This document shows positions 17,382-27,769 of a stretch of DNA of 64,000 nt, in pieces. The stretch is from Anaerobutyricum sp. (GTDB lineage Bacteria; Spirochaetota; Spirochaetia; Treponematales; Treponemataceae): contig CAVHTI010000005.1 in assembly GCA_963638805.1 (NCBI GenBank), positions 9,064 to 73,063 on the forward strand. Reading direction: 5' to 3'. How positions within the stretch are numbered: the stretch's first letter is position 1; every line of letters begins with the position of its first letter. The translations under genes were made by a program, and so were the position numbers. Below the pieces are notes generated by a model. The model ran no database searches. It worked only from the letters and a program-made list of their open reading frames with translations, and was not told the DNA's origin.

Positions 17382-18779
17382 ATGGAAACTGATTTTTGTG
17401 CTGATTTTGAAAAGAAGATTTTTTCTCAACTTGTAAAACTTACCGGCTCTAACAATAATTCGCTGTCTTCTGATTTGAGGCTTGGTCTTGCAGTTAGTGG
17501 CGGCGCGGATTCCGTTTCTCTTTTTGTTTCTGTAAAAGAAATTTGCCACAACTTGAATATTCCGCTTTATGTTGTAACCGTGAATCATAATATTCGGGAA
17601 GCGGAAGAAACTGACGGCGATGCTGAATTTGTTCGGGAATTATGTGAAAAAAATCCGGATTTTGACGTTCATTTTACGCTAAAAATTCTGGAAAGAGGTT
17701 TAGTGGCGCGGACGGCAGAGGAGCGTGGTGGCGGAATAGAAGAAGCGGCGCGGTTCTTGCGTTATCAGGCTTTTGAAGATTTTATAAACGAAAATCATCT
17801 TGATTATCTTTGCCTTGCGCATAATAAAAATGATCAGATTGAAACTCTTTTGATGCGCTTTTTGCAGGGAAATGGACTTGAAGGTTCGTGTGGAATTTCT
17901 GCAAAACGAGGAAAATTTATTCGGCCGTTGCTGGAAACTTCCCGCGCGGAAATTGAAAAATATCTGAAAATTAAAAAAATCACGTGGCGAACAGATTGTA
18001 CAAATTCTGATACTCAATATCTCAGAAATAAAATCCGGCTGAAACTTGTTCCTTTTTTGTCTGAAAATTTTACGGGCTGGCAGAATGCTTTAATTCACGG
18101 AGCAAAAAAAGCAGAAATTGACTGTCAGTTTATAAATTCTCAGGTCAACATTGCTCAAAATCTGATTGATAATAAAAATTCTGTAGAAATAAAATCATTT
18201 TGTGCCCTTGATGATGCCGTGAAATATCGTATTTTGCTGCGGATGTTTAATAATGCGGGTGAAAATAATCGTGTGCCTTCTGTGCTCGTAAATGAAATAA
18301 TTTTTCAGCTGAAAAAAGGCGACGTTAAAAAATATTATGGAAATTCGGAAATTATTAGCGACGGCGACAGACTTTTTATAAAAAAATGCAGTAAAACTCA
18401 AACTGATTTGTGGTTTTCTGATATAATAAAAAAAGACGGTGTTTATGAATTTCCTTTTGGGGAAATTTGTTCTGTCCAGAAGTTTAATGGCTTTAATCAA
18501 AGTGAAATTGAACTTTCGTGCGGTCAATTTTCTGTTTCGCTGAAAATTTCTTATCCTTTTTGCATAAGAAACTGGCAGACTGGGGACTGCATCAAAACAA
18601 AGTCTGGAAATTATAAAAAAATTGCAGATATTTTTGCAGACTGGCAGGTCAGTTTACAAAAACGTTCAATGATTCCTTTAGTTCAGGAACTTGAAACTGC
18701 AGAGCAGGAAATTCTGTGTATCTTTGGAAAATCTGCCGGGTTTTATAATTGGGTCGTAAATGAAAAAATTAACAATTAG
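17382..18779 (+). CDS. tilS: tRNA(Ile)-lysidine synthase
   Basis: PP-loop motif AVSGGADSVSL, 465 aa, with a TilS C-terminal domain. Confidence 0.85.
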   Translation: METDFCADFEKKIFSQLVKLTGSNNNSLSSDLRLGLAVSGGADSVSLFVSVKEICHNLNIPLYVVTVNHNIREAEETDGDAEFVRELCEKNPDFDVHFTLKILERGLVARTAEERGGGIEEAARFLRYQAFEDFINENHLDYLCLAHNKNDQIETLLMRFLQGNGLEGSCGISAKRGKFIRPLLETSRAEIEKYLKIKKITWRTDCTNSDTQYLRNKIRLKLVPFLSENFTGWQNALIHGAKKAEIDCQFINSQVNIAQNLIDNKNSVEIKSFCALDDAVKYRILLRMFNNAGENNRVPSVLVNEIIFQLKKGDVKKYYGNSEIISDGDRLFIKKCSKTQTDLWFSDIIKKDGVYEFPFGEICSVQKFNGFNQSEIELSCGQFSVSLKISYPFCIRNWQTGDCIKTKSGNYKKIADIFADWQVSLQKRSMIPLVQELETAEQEILCIFGKSAGFYNWVVNEKINN

Positions 18780-20862
18780 TATTTTTGCAGTTTTCTTTCT
18801 TTTTGCAGGGCTTTACGCACAAAAAGCAAATCGTAATACGGCAGTGCGCTGTTTAAAACTTGCAGAAAGTTCTTTAATCGGTCAGGACTGGTCGGCCGCG
18901 TATGAACAGGCTGAACTTGGTCTTTCTTATGATGATTCAATTTCTGATTTATATTATGTAAAGGCGGCTTCGCTTGCTCATTCAGAAAATTCTAAAACTG
19001 AACTCATAGAAATTATGAATCAGGCTTTTGAAAAAAATGATTGGGTGGATTATTCCAAAAACGGCGCGCGAATTTTACTTGCAGATTTACTTTGCGATAT
19101 CGGTTCTTATGAAGAATCCTTGAAAATTCTTGACGAAGCGCCTTTTATTTATTCCGCAGATTCAGAATTTATCCGGATAAAAAATTATTACAGGATTGCA
19201 ACTCCCGCTTCTTTAGAAAAAGCCCGCGACAAAATAGAAACTTCCCGCCGTGTTTATTCTTCAGATTCAAGATTCCCACAGATTTTCTTTATGTTTGAAT
19301 TTTATCACAAAATGAATGCGGAATTTTCTGATGAAAATTTTAAAATTCCTGCAAAAGTTCAAAAAATTGCAGATTCCTATATCATAAAACTTCCCGACTA
19401 CAAAGGCGAAAATACGGTAACGGAACTTTTAGCGTCGTTTTTTGCAGAAGAAAATCTTGCCAGCCGGCTTATAAAGGCGATTGATTCTAAAAATCAGACA
19501 AAAAATCCGCTTTTGGTGCTTGCCGGCTTGCAAACTGGACTTTATTCACAGCAAAAAGCTTATGAACTGTTTTTTGAATTATCGCAGGACAACGTGAATC
19601 TTTTTTATCTTGAATGTCTTGCAAAACTTATAACAGAACCGGCGGTGCAGGAAATGCTTGTTGAACGCCTTACGAATTTTGGCGGCACGGTTTTAATTGA
19701 CGAAAACGGCGATTTACAAAATGAAATGTCAGTGAAATATTTTCTTGGCCGCCCGCAAACCGTAAATTACGATTCAAATAATGACGGCGAACGGGAACTT
19801 TACGCGCTTTGCGATAATGGCGCGCCGTATTATGTTCTTTTTGACAATTCTGAAATTGAATTAAATTACGATGTTTACCCTCAGATTAAAAAAGTTTTAT
19901 TCAAAAATAATAATTATGCCTTTAATTTTCTTTATGATGATTTTGAATATTCTCCGCTGCAAATGACTCCTGATTCGGTGTTAAAAAATTACGGCCTTGA
20001 TTTTTATATTCCGGAATCTGTGCACAATCCTCAAATTTTTGATTATCAGAATCTTTCAAAATTGTGTACGACCCTTGAAATTCCGGTAACTGAGCGCGAA
20101 AATGCAAAAATTGTCTATACAATGCAAAATGGTGGCGCGGTTTTTGCTGATTTTTATGAGGACGAAAAACATTATGCCTTTGCAGATTTTGCTCACGGCC
20201 TGCCTTTTAAACGTTTTGCAGATTATGATGAGGACGGTTATTTTGAAACTGTCGAGACTTTTGACGTTTTGTCTGGAAATTATGAAAATCAAGATTCTGA
20301 ACTTTCGGATCCTGAGTATATGACTTCAATTTTTAGTGAAGCCGCAAATGGAACGGACATTGTTCTGAAAAAAATCCAAATCGACAGAAATCAAAATACA
20401 TTTTTTGAATATTCTGAAGAATATCTTGCGGAAGAAAACACGAAAATTTGTTATTGGGACGACAACGATGACGGAATTACCGACTGCAAATATACTCGTA
20501 GCGGTCTTTCGGATAATTTGCGTGAAGAAACGGTTTATTATAAAAATGACGGCACGGAACTTGTTTGTGTTACTTCGCTCAATTCAATTCCGTTAAAAAT
20601 GCGTTTTGAAAACAAAGAAATGATAATTTTTTCGGGCAAAAATCAAAATTTTTACTGGATAAATGATGAAGGAACTCCAAAAGCGGAAGAAGAAGCCTTA
20701 AAATTTGCAGAATCTGGCGCAATTCAAGGCAATGTTCAGGTTATAAACGCTGACTCTAGCAGAGTTCTCATTATAAAAGTTGGTGACAATTATTTTTGCA
20801 GAATGCTTGCGCCACAAGATTATTACGATATTGAACTTGAGAATCCGGAGACTAACGAATAA
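18760..20862 (+). CDS. Secreted protein of unknown function with repeated D-x-[DN]-x-DG calcium-binding-like motifs
   Basis: 700 aa with signal peptide MKKLTISIFAVFFLFAGLYAQ. Motifs are SNNDGERE, DYDEDGYFE and DDNDDGITD. Overlaps tilS by 20 nt and the next gene by 1 nt. Confidence 0.6.
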   Translation: MKKLTISIFAVFFLFAGLYAQKANRNTAVRCLKLAESSLIGQDWSAAYEQAELGLSYDDSISDLYYVKAASLAHSENSKTELIEIMNQAFEKNDWVDYSKNGARILLADLLCDIGSYEESLKILDEAPFIYSADSEFIRIKNYYRIATPASLEKARDKIETSRRVYSSDSRFPQIFFMFEFYHKMNAEFSDENFKIPAKVQKIADSYIIKLPDYKGENTVTELLASFFAEENLASRLIKAIDSKNQTKNPLLVLAGLQTGLYSQQKAYELFFELSQDNVNLFYLECLAKLITEPAVQEMLVERLTNFGGTVLIDENGDLQNEMSVKYFLGRPQTVNYDSNNDGERELYALCDNGAPYYVLFDNSEIELNYDVYPQIKKVLFKNNNYAFNFLYDDFEYSPLQMTPDSVLKNYGLDFYIPESVHNPQIFDYQNLSKLCTTLEIPVTERENAKIVYTMQNGGAVFADFYEDEKHYAFADFAHGLPFKRFADYDEDGYFETVETFDVLSGNYENQDSELSDPEYMTSIFSEAANGTDIVLKKIQIDRNQNTFFEYSEEYLAEENTKICYWDDNDDGITDCKYTRSGLSDNLREETVYYKNDGTELVCVTSLNSIPLKMRFENKEMIIFSGKNQNFYWINDEGTPKAEEEALKFAESGAIQGNVQVINADSSRVLIIKVGDNYFCRMLAPQDYYDIELENPETNE

Positions 20863-22472
20863 TGAAATTAAACAAACTTTTTTGTGCGGCTATGATTGTC
20901 CCGTTTTTCTTTATGTCCTGCACTTCAATTCAGCAGCCTCAGGAAGTTTCAAAGCCTCTTGATTATTCTGATGAAGATGTAAAAAAAAGTGAAATCGCAA
21001 AAATTCGCGAATTGCAATTAACGGAGCCCGTAAAAGCATTGTGGCGCGCGCATCTTTTAAATGACGAAGAAATCATCACGGAATGTACGGAACTTTGCAA
21101 AAATAAAATGAACGAATATATCGCGTCAAACGACGTTTTGACAGCTCAAAGATATTATTCTTCCCTGGTGGCTAGCGGTTGGGACGATGAAAATTCAATT
21201 CAGTTGCCGCAAATAAGCGATGTTCCGGGCCTTGCTCCAGAAAATCCTTATGCGCCAAAAACAATAGAAGATTGTATGAATACGACCGTCACAATCTGGG
21301 TTGACCGTGGCTGGAAGGTTACAAACGGCGCCGGCACGGTTGATATTGTAATCGGGTCGGGATTTTTTATTGATCGGCGCGGATATTTAATTACGAATCA
21401 TCACGTAATTGAATCAATGGTCGATGAAAAATATGAAGGCTACACAAGACTTTACATCAAGCTCCTTTCTGATCCTGATACAAAAATTCCTGCAAAAGTG
21501 GTTGGCTATGATCCTACAATGGACCTTGCTCTTTTGAAAGTTGAAATTACGCCGGAATTTGTTTTTAGTCTTGGAAGTTCTTCTGATTTGCGCATTGGCG
21601 ACAAAGTTTCTGCAATCGGAACTCCGGTTGGCCTTGAAGGCACGCTGACTTCAGGCATTATTTCTTCAACGGAACGAAAACTTTTGACTTTAGGCAACGT
21701 TTTTCAAATTGATGCCGCGGTAAATTCAGGAAATTCCGGCGGTCCTTTGATTGACGAAAAATTAAACGTCCAGGCAATTGTTTTTGCCGGAATGGTTCAG
21801 CTTCAGGGCTTGAATTTTGCAATTCCTGTTGAATATTTAAAGCAGGAACTTCCGCTCCTTTACAATAATGGGGAAGGCGGCCAGGTTATTCATTCGTGGA
21901 CTGGCTCTTACGGTCACACAAAACGCACCGGAAATAAAAAAACTGGACTTGAAGTTCAGTATGTTATGCCCGGTGGTTCTTCTTTTATGACCGGATTACG
22001 CGAAGATAACGTTATCACGGCAATTGATGGCAAAAAAGTAAATTCCCTTGAGGACTTTCAGTTCATTATGCTAGCCCTTCAGCCTCAGTCAATTGTCCGC
22101 TGTGACTATCTTGATTCAGAAGAAAATGAAAAATCTTCGCTGCTTTATCTTGATATTCGCCCGGATCAGCCGTTGAAAAAAATATTCAGTTCAGATTTCT
22201 TGAATAATTCGTTTGTGCCGATTGTCGGAATGAAACTTGTGCGCAATTCTACGGAAATGCGAAATTCTTATGCCGTTCAAAAAGTAATAAAAGGCAGCGT
22301 CGCAGATCAGATGAGTTTTTCAGAAACTGATATAATTATTGTGCGCGAAGTAAAATTTGATGACGAAAATGAACAGTTCTATGCTCAAATTTACTGTAAA
22401 CGCAAACAAAAAGGCTTTCTTGATGCGTCCCTCGTGGTTGGTTCATCTTATGATTCGCCTTATTACTTTTAA
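20862..22472 (+). CDS. Trypsin-like serine protease lipoprotein (HtrA/DegP-like, with PDZ-like region)
   Basis: Lipobox FFFMSC and catalytic triad contexts TNHHV, DLALLKV and GNSGGPL. Confidence 0.8.
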   Translation: MKLNKLFCAAMIVPFFFMSCTSIQQPQEVSKPLDYSDEDVKKSEIAKIRELQLTEPVKALWRAHLLNDEEIITECTELCKNKMNEYIASNDVLTAQRYYSSLVASGWDDENSIQLPQISDVPGLAPENPYAPKTIEDCMNTTVTIWVDRGWKVTNGAGTVDIVIGSGFFIDRRGYLITNHHVIESMVDEKYEGYTRLYIKLLSDPDTKIPAKVVGYDPTMDLALLKVEITPEFVFSLGSSSDLRIGDKVSAIGTPVGLEGTLTSGIISSTERKLLTLGNVFQIDAAVNSGNSGGPLIDEKLNVQAIVFAGMVQLQGLNFAIPVEYLKQELPLLYNNGEGGQVIHSWTGSYGHTKRTGNKKTGLEVQYVMPGGSSFMTGLREDNVITAIDGKKVNSLEDFQFIMLALQPQSIVRCDYLDSEENEKSSLLYLDIRPDQPLKKIFSSDFLNNSFVPIVGMKLVRNSTEMRNSYAVQKVIKGSVADQMSFSETDIIIVREVKFDDENEQFYAQIYCKRKQKGFLDASLVVGSSYDSPYYF

Positions 22473-22497
22473 AAATTAAAATTGTACGGAGTTTTTT

Positions 22498-24297
22498 ATG
22501 GATATGAAATATAAGCGCAACTTTTGTATTGTTGCACACATTGATCACGGAAAATCAACACTTTCGGACAGGCTGATTCAAAAAGCAAAAATCATTGATG
22601 ACCGCAAAATGGTAAATCAGATTCTTGATAACATGGATATTGAGCGCGAACGCGGAATCACAATAAAAAGTCAGGCGGTAACAATTCCTTATCACGCAAA
22701 AGACGGCCACGACTATGAATTGAATTTCGTTGACACTCCCGGCCACGTCGATTTTTCTTACGAAGTAAGCCGTGCAATTGCCTCGTGTGAAGGCGCTCTG
22801 CTTTTGATTGATGCAACTCAGGGGGTTGAAAGTCAAACCGTAAGTAATATGTACATGGCTTTGGAACAGGATTTGACGATTGTGCCGGTAATAAACAAAA
22901 TTGACCTTGCAAGTGCCGATATTCCGTCCTGTTTAAATCAGATTGATAAAGAACTTGGCCTTGATTCTTCCGAAGCGCTTTTAGTTTCCGCAAAAACTGG
23001 CGAAGGCATTGACGAGCTTATGGAAGCGATTGTTACAAAATTTCCCGCTCCAAACGGAAATCCGGACGGAAAACCTGCCGCTTTAATTTTTGACTGTCAT
23101 TATGATGCCTACCGCGGTGTAATTGTCCATGTTCGTGTAATGGAAGGCAGATTCAAGACTGGCGACGCAATCAAAATGATGAGCACGGGAACTCAGTACA
23201 AAGTAGAGCAGTGCGGAGTTTTCAAAATTGATTATGAAGAAACTGGCGTCCTTGAAGCCGGCGATGTTGGCTATATTATTTCCGGCCTTAAAACCGTAAG
23301 CGACGTAAAAGTCGGCGATACGATCACTTCCGTAGAAAATCCTCTGGAACAGCCACTTCCGGGATTCAAAGAAGTAAAACCGGTCGTTTATTCTTCAATT
23401 TACCCGATGGATTCAAACGACTACGAAGAACTTAAAAGCAGCATGGAAAAATTAAAACTGAACGACGCGAGTCTTGTTTACGAAAAGGACAATTCCCTTG
23501 CGCTTGGAAACGGTTTCCGCTGCGGATTTCTGGGACTTCTTCATCTTGAAATTATCCAGGAACGCCTTGAACGCGACTTTGACCAGGCTGTAATTTTTAC
23601 CGCGCCGTCCGTTCGTTACAAGCTTGAACTTACAAGCGGCGAAGAAACTTATATCGATAATCCTTCCGAATATCCTCAGGGCAGAATAAAATCCGCGGAA
23701 GAACCTTATATCAAGGCTTCTGTAATTACTCCGGCGACTTATCTTGGTTCAATTATTGCACTTTGCACGGAAAAACGCGGCGTCCAGACAAATATGCAGT
23801 ACCTTGACGAAAAACGCGTCGAACTCACTTACGAAATGCCACTTGCCGAAGTTCTTTTTGATTTTTACGACAAATTAAAAAGTTACAGTCGAGGTTATGC
23901 CTCTTTTGACTACGAAGTTATCGGTTATCGCCCGACAGAACTCGTAAAAGTTGACATTCTTTTGAACGGAAAAATGGTCGACGCGCTCAGTCAGCTTACT
24001 TTTAAGCAAAATGCAGTTGAACGCGCTAGAAAAGTCTGTGAACGTCTCAAGGACGAAATCAGCCGTCAGCAGTTTAAAATTGCAATTCAGGGCGCAATCG
24101 GTAGTCAGGTAATTGCCCGCGAAACCGTAAATCCTGTGCGCAAGGACGTTCTTGCAAAGTGTTACGGCGGCGACATTACCCGTAAGCGCAAACTTCTGGA
24201 AAAGCAGAAGGAAGGTAAAAAGCGAATGAAGATGATTGGCGACGTTGAATTGTCTCAGAGTGCTTTCCTCGCCGTTCTTAAAGAAAAGGAAGAATAG
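22498..24297 (+). CDS. lepA: Elongation factor 4
   Basis: AHIDHGKST, DTPGH, NKID, and the LepA C-terminal domain ending in KRMK..GDVELSQSAF. Confidence 0.95.
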   Translation: MDMKYKRNFCIVAHIDHGKSTLSDRLIQKAKIIDDRKMVNQILDNMDIERERGITIKSQAVTIPYHAKDGHDYELNFVDTPGHVDFSYEVSRAIASCEGALLLIDATQGVESQTVSNMYMALEQDLTIVPVINKIDLASADIPSCLNQIDKELGLDSSEALLVSAKTGEGIDELMEAIVTKFPAPNGNPDGKPAALIFDCHYDAYRGVIVHVRVMEGRFKTGDAIKMMSTGTQYKVEQCGVFKIDYEETGVLEAGDVGYIISGLKTVSDVKVGDTITSVENPLEQPLPGFKEVKPVVYSSIYPMDSNDYEELKSSMEKLKLNDASLVYEKDNSLALGNGFRCGFLGLLHLEIIQERLERDFDQAVIFTAPSVRYKLELTSGEETYIDNPSEYPQGRIKSAEEPYIKASVITPATYLGSIIALCTEKRGVQTNMQYLDEKRVELTYEMPLAEVLFDFYDKLKSYSRGYASFDYEVIGYRPTELVKVDILLNGKMVDALSQLTFKQNAVERARKVCERLKDEISRQQFKIAIQGAIGSQVIARETVNPVRKDVLAKCYGGDITRKRKLLEKQKEGKKRMKMIGDVELSQSAFLAVLKEKEE

Positions 24298-24305
24298 ATT
24301 TTTCT

Positions 24306-24613
24306 GGGCGTATCCCTCCGCTGCGCTCCGGGTCAGGCTTTTTACGCTTCGCTCACGAGTTTTGTTTTCTATTTTACTTTCGTAAGAAAAACAAAACATC
24401 GCGCGGTTCCGCTGTTCGCTTCAAACTTTTGCAATTTACAGTCAATTATAATTCGATTTTATGTGTTTGTGGGAGCTCGATCTTATGTCAGCCCGAATTT
24501 ATTTCGGGATCTCGGTGTAACAGATGCTGAAATGAATTCAGCATGACTTTTTGAAGAACTTTTCAGTCCAATTGCAAAAGTTCGGCTTCGCCGCCCCTCC
24601 AATCCTTTACGTG
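24306..24613 (-). repeat. Dispersed hairpin-rich element, copy B (inverted, with an internal insertion)
   Basis: Its reverse complement carries GAAGCGAACAGCGGAACCGCGCGATG, the A/T hairpin, CTCGTGAGCGAAGCGTA and ...GGGATACGCCC, with a degenerate 5' module at 24586-24613. A 13-nt inverted repeat AACTTTTGCAATT (24424-24436 / 24570-24582) brackets a 133-nt insert. Confidence 0.7.
24524..24552 (+). terminator. Terminator hairpin for lepA (shared module)
   Basis: ATGCTGAA / TTCAGCAT 8-bp stem with a 5-nt loop, then GAC TTTTT. Confidence 0.55.
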
Positions 24614-24618
24614 TCCCA

Positions 24619-26256
24619 CTAATTTAAAATTTTCAGAAAAAAATCAATTTGTGCTCTGATTCTGTTTAAAAAACTCTGATTGTATTGAAATTTCCAACCG
24701 TCAGGAAAGTGCAGATAAAGATATTCACGGTTTTCTGCGGTTTTTGAAATTTCTTCTTTTAATTTTTCTTTACTAAAGTCTGTTTTTTCAGTTAACAGGG
24801 ATTTTAAATACAAAAGAGCATTTTTCTCCTGCAAAATCCATTTTTCTGTATCATAAAAAATGAAATCAGAATTTTCTTTGCCGTTACCACAATTATTTTC
24901 CGCATCAAAATTGCAAGGTTCTGGAAATTTCCGCTCAATTTTCAGCGGAATTCCACAAATTCCGGCATCAAAAAGATTTTCTGTATCGCAAAAAAATGAA
25001 TTAAAAAGTTCAGAATATTTTTTCATAACCGGCATTGTGTAAAAAATATTTCCGTTTTTGTCCGCAAATTTTGTGCTATGAATATTAAAACAAGAGCCGT
25101 AATTTTGAATCGGATTTAGTTTTGTATTTACTAACATTTGCGTTTTGTAGGCTAAAGTGCCTTTTGCGTGGGTTTTGCCGGCAGAATAAGAAAAATCAAG
25201 ACCAGTAACATAAATCGGCACTGAAGAATTTTTGCGGAATTTCAATGCAAAGTAAACGGCGGTAAGTCCAACAGAACCAAACGGCGGAATTGAAGGCGGA
25301 ATTATTTTATTTTGCAGGCAGTTTTGTAAAAAATCACAATCAGAATAAAGTGTCGTAAAAAAACTTATTTTGTTTAACGCAAAAATTCGTGCAAGCGAAG
25401 AAACTGCAGAAAGTCCCGCAAAAATATGAAAATCATATTCGTTTTTATTTGTGCCAATAAATGCTTTTGTAATAACTTGCTGTGTTTCTTCAACAAAAAC
25501 TCCGTCCGGAATAATTTTGTTGGCTAAAAGTGGCTGCAGGGCAGTGTCAGCGCATAAAATACAGAAGTTCTTAGCATTTTTTTTCAGTTCAGGAATGGAA
25601 AAATCAAGACTTTCGCCGGCACCACAAACAACAATTGGTTTTGAAATTTTTTCAAAATAATTTTGAATGGGCACGGTTTTGTTCAAAACTTTCAGATTTT
25701 TAAAAAAATTTTCTGAATATTTCCTTCCAAATTTCGTGAGTGTTATGCGGTTTGACCACCAGGTCATAATTGCGTTTGTGCAGGCGCTATAAAGTTCTTT
25801 GTAAAGCGCGTCGTTAAAAGTGCTGCCTGCCGAAAAATCAATTTTTATAACTCGTTTAAAAGTTCCGGCCGGCGGAAATTCAACGCCACATTCAAGAATG
25901 TACTTTTTTTTGTTTAAAATTACCGGCAAGTTGTAAATTTCATTAAGATTTAAATATCCCAAGCCGGAAGTTTTTAAATATTCGGATTTTTCAAATTCTA
26001 AAAGTTCTTTTTCTGCTTCGCACACAAGAATCATACAGTTTTCTTTTAATTTTTGATTTAATTCTTTTAGTCCGTAGGGCAGCACTGGCGAACAGCATAA
26101 AAATAATGTGCCGGGCAAAATCTGCAAATTTTCTATAGTTCTTAATATTGTTCCGGCCGGATTGTATTTTGAATAGAGAAATTTTTGTCTGTAAGAAACT
26201 GAAAAGCCCTGCGGTGTATTTAACAGGCAGGGCTTTTGATTATTAATTTTGTTCAA
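24619..26256 (-). CDS. DUF115 (MptE-like / motility-accessory-factor-like) domain protein
   Basis: 545 aa. Central VVCGAGESLD...ILCADTAL pattern resembles the Maf/DUF115 glycosyltransferase-like family. Last gene of the murE-ddl operon. Confidence 0.5.
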   Translation of the reverse strand: MNKINNQKPCLLNTPQGFSVSYRQKFLYSKYNPAGTILRTIENLQILPGTLFLCCSPVLPYGLKELNQKLKENCMILVCEAEKELLEFEKSEYLKTSGLGYLNLNEIYNLPVILNKKKYILECGVEFPPAGTFKRVIKIDFSAGSTFNDALYKELYSACTNAIMTWWSNRITLTKFGRKYSENFFKNLKVLNKTVPIQNYFEKISKPIVVCGAGESLDFSIPELKKNAKNFCILCADTALQPLLANKIIPDGVFVEETQQVITKAFIGTNKNEYDFHIFAGLSAVSSLARIFALNKISFFTTLYSDCDFLQNCLQNKIIPPSIPPFGSVGLTAVYFALKFRKNSSVPIYVTGLDFSYSAGKTHAKGTLAYKTQMLVNTKLNPIQNYGSCFNIHSTKFADKNGNIFYTMPVMKKYSELFNSFFCDTENLFDAGICGIPLKIERKFPEPCNFDAENNCGNGKENSDFIFYDTEKWILQEKNALLYLKSLLTEKTDFSKEKLKEEISKTAENREYLYLHFPDGWKFQYNQSFLNRIRAQIDFFLKILN

Positions 26257-26264
26257 CTTTAATT

Positions 26265-27719
26265 TTAGTTATTATTGCTGCTGAAATTAGCAAAATAAGT
26301 TTCTGCAAAGTTATTTTTTAATTTTTTGCTCTGCATAATTGCATTCTGTGCAGAAGTTGAATCAAAGTTTTCAATCTGTGTTAATGCGGCTGAAGGTTCG
26401 CCTTCTTCTGCGGTTGTGTACTGAAGAACAACTACATTATTGTTCAATACAACAGGCTCTGAATATTCATTTAATTCAAGAGAGAATGCTGTTTTTAAGA
26501 AGTTTTCGTTTGATTCAGCACCGCTAAGTCCTGTAACAGATGTGAAAGTATCTGCGATTGAAGAATTACCGTAATTTAATGGGAAAGGCGCAATTGTTTC
26601 TGCTGTAATGCCAGTAGCTTCGCAACCGTTTTCAAAAGTTGAAGCCTTTGCAACTGCGGTAAATTCCTTAGCTTTGTTTGTAAAATAATCTTCAATTACT
26701 GAATTTTCGTAAGTTGAAATGTAATTTCCTACGATGCGCAAAATTTCACTGTTAGTAAAATCAGCTTCTTTGACTGCCGAATTTGCCTTGAAAATTGCAA
26801 ATGTTCCGTTCAAATCAATAACATCACTTACGCTACCTTCAGAAAGTTTTGCAAGAACATCAATGTCAGATTTGTTTGTAAGGAGATTTTCAATCTGATA
26901 CTGGTAAGGATTTATAAGTTTACCTTCTGTGTCAGTGAAAGATTTTGTAGAAACTTCTGAAACTTCATCTTCAAAAGTTTTTGTTCCGTTTTTAAGTTCT
27001 GCGGCAACTTTATCAGCGGTTGCTTTATCAGAAAGTGTAATTGCAGAAAGATCATACTGAGTGAATTTTGCAGCGTTTTCTTTTCCGAATTTTGCTTTTT
27101 CTTCATCAGGATAATCAGCTGACTTAAAAATTGCAGCCTTAAAACCACGTTTGTTTGTGTTCAAAGATGAAAGGAAATCAAGTTCGGCATCAGATTCTTT
27201 AAGACCGTACAAATTATTTTCAGCGCCAAAAACATCATCGTAAAAGCGCTGAACTAAAAGATCCTGTTCAACAGTTTTTGTGTAATTCTGAACTTCTGAG
27301 TTAGAAGCCTGATTGTAAAGTTTTGCAGAAAAATTACCGTTTTCATCAGAATAAATCTGACGGAGCTGGCGGTTTACTGCAGCCTGAGGAACTGTGTAGC
27401 CTGTCTGTTTTACAAAATCCTTGAAAGCGGCACGCTGAACGCAAGTCTGGAATGCATTGTTGAAAATGTAGTAAAGGTAAGTATCATTCAATTCAATTCC
27501 GTAATTCTGATACATTGTTGCCATTTGACTTACATTGTTGGCAAGTTCAGTTCCATTACCGTATTTTATTTCCTCTTTACCGTATTTTCCGAACACCTTG
27601 TCTTGATTCTGTTCTTTTTCTAGACTACATTGCTGTATAGTTTGTAAAAATACGAATACGAAAGCAGAAATTAAAAGAATAATTAATGTTCCGATTGTGT
27701 AAGCAGTTTTCTTTTTCAT
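26265..27719 (-). CDS. Membrane-anchored PpiD/SurA-N-like periplasmic chaperone
   Basis: 484 aa with a single N-terminal TM helix. SurA-N-like region and a degenerate parvulin-like segment (SVSDVIDLNGTFAIFKA). Assignment is tentative. Confidence 0.45.
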   Translation of the reverse strand: MKKKTAYTIGTLIILLISAFVFVFLQTIQQCSLEKEQNQDKVFGKYGKEEIKYGNGTELANNVSQMATMYQNYGIELNDTYLYYIFNNAFQTCVQRAAFKDFVKQTGYTVPQAAVNRQLRQIYSDENGNFSAKLYNQASNSEVQNYTKTVEQDLLVQRFYDDVFGAENNLYGLKESDAELDFLSSLNTNKRGFKAAIFKSADYPDEEKAKFGKENAAKFTQYDLSAITLSDKATADKVAAELKNGTKTFEDEVSEVSTKSFTDTEGKLINPYQYQIENLLTNKSDIDVLAKLSEGSVSDVIDLNGTFAIFKANSAVKEADFTNSEILRIVGNYISTYENSVIEDYFTNKAKEFTAVAKASTFENGCEATGITAETIAPFPLNYGNSSIADTFTSVTGLSGAESNENFLKTAFSLELNEYSEPVVLNNNVVVLQYTTAEEGEPSAALTQIENFDSTSAQNAIMQSKKLKNNFAETYFANFSSNNN

Positions 27720-27769
27720 TTTTAAAATCCTTATACTTGTTATTTTATATGGGTAGTAATTTTAACATT

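Noticed and set aside
23875-24399. 174-aa ORF antisense to the lepA 3' end that extends into repeat copy B.
   Set aside because: It overlaps conserved lepA coding sequence and a non-coding repeat, and has no recognisable motifs.
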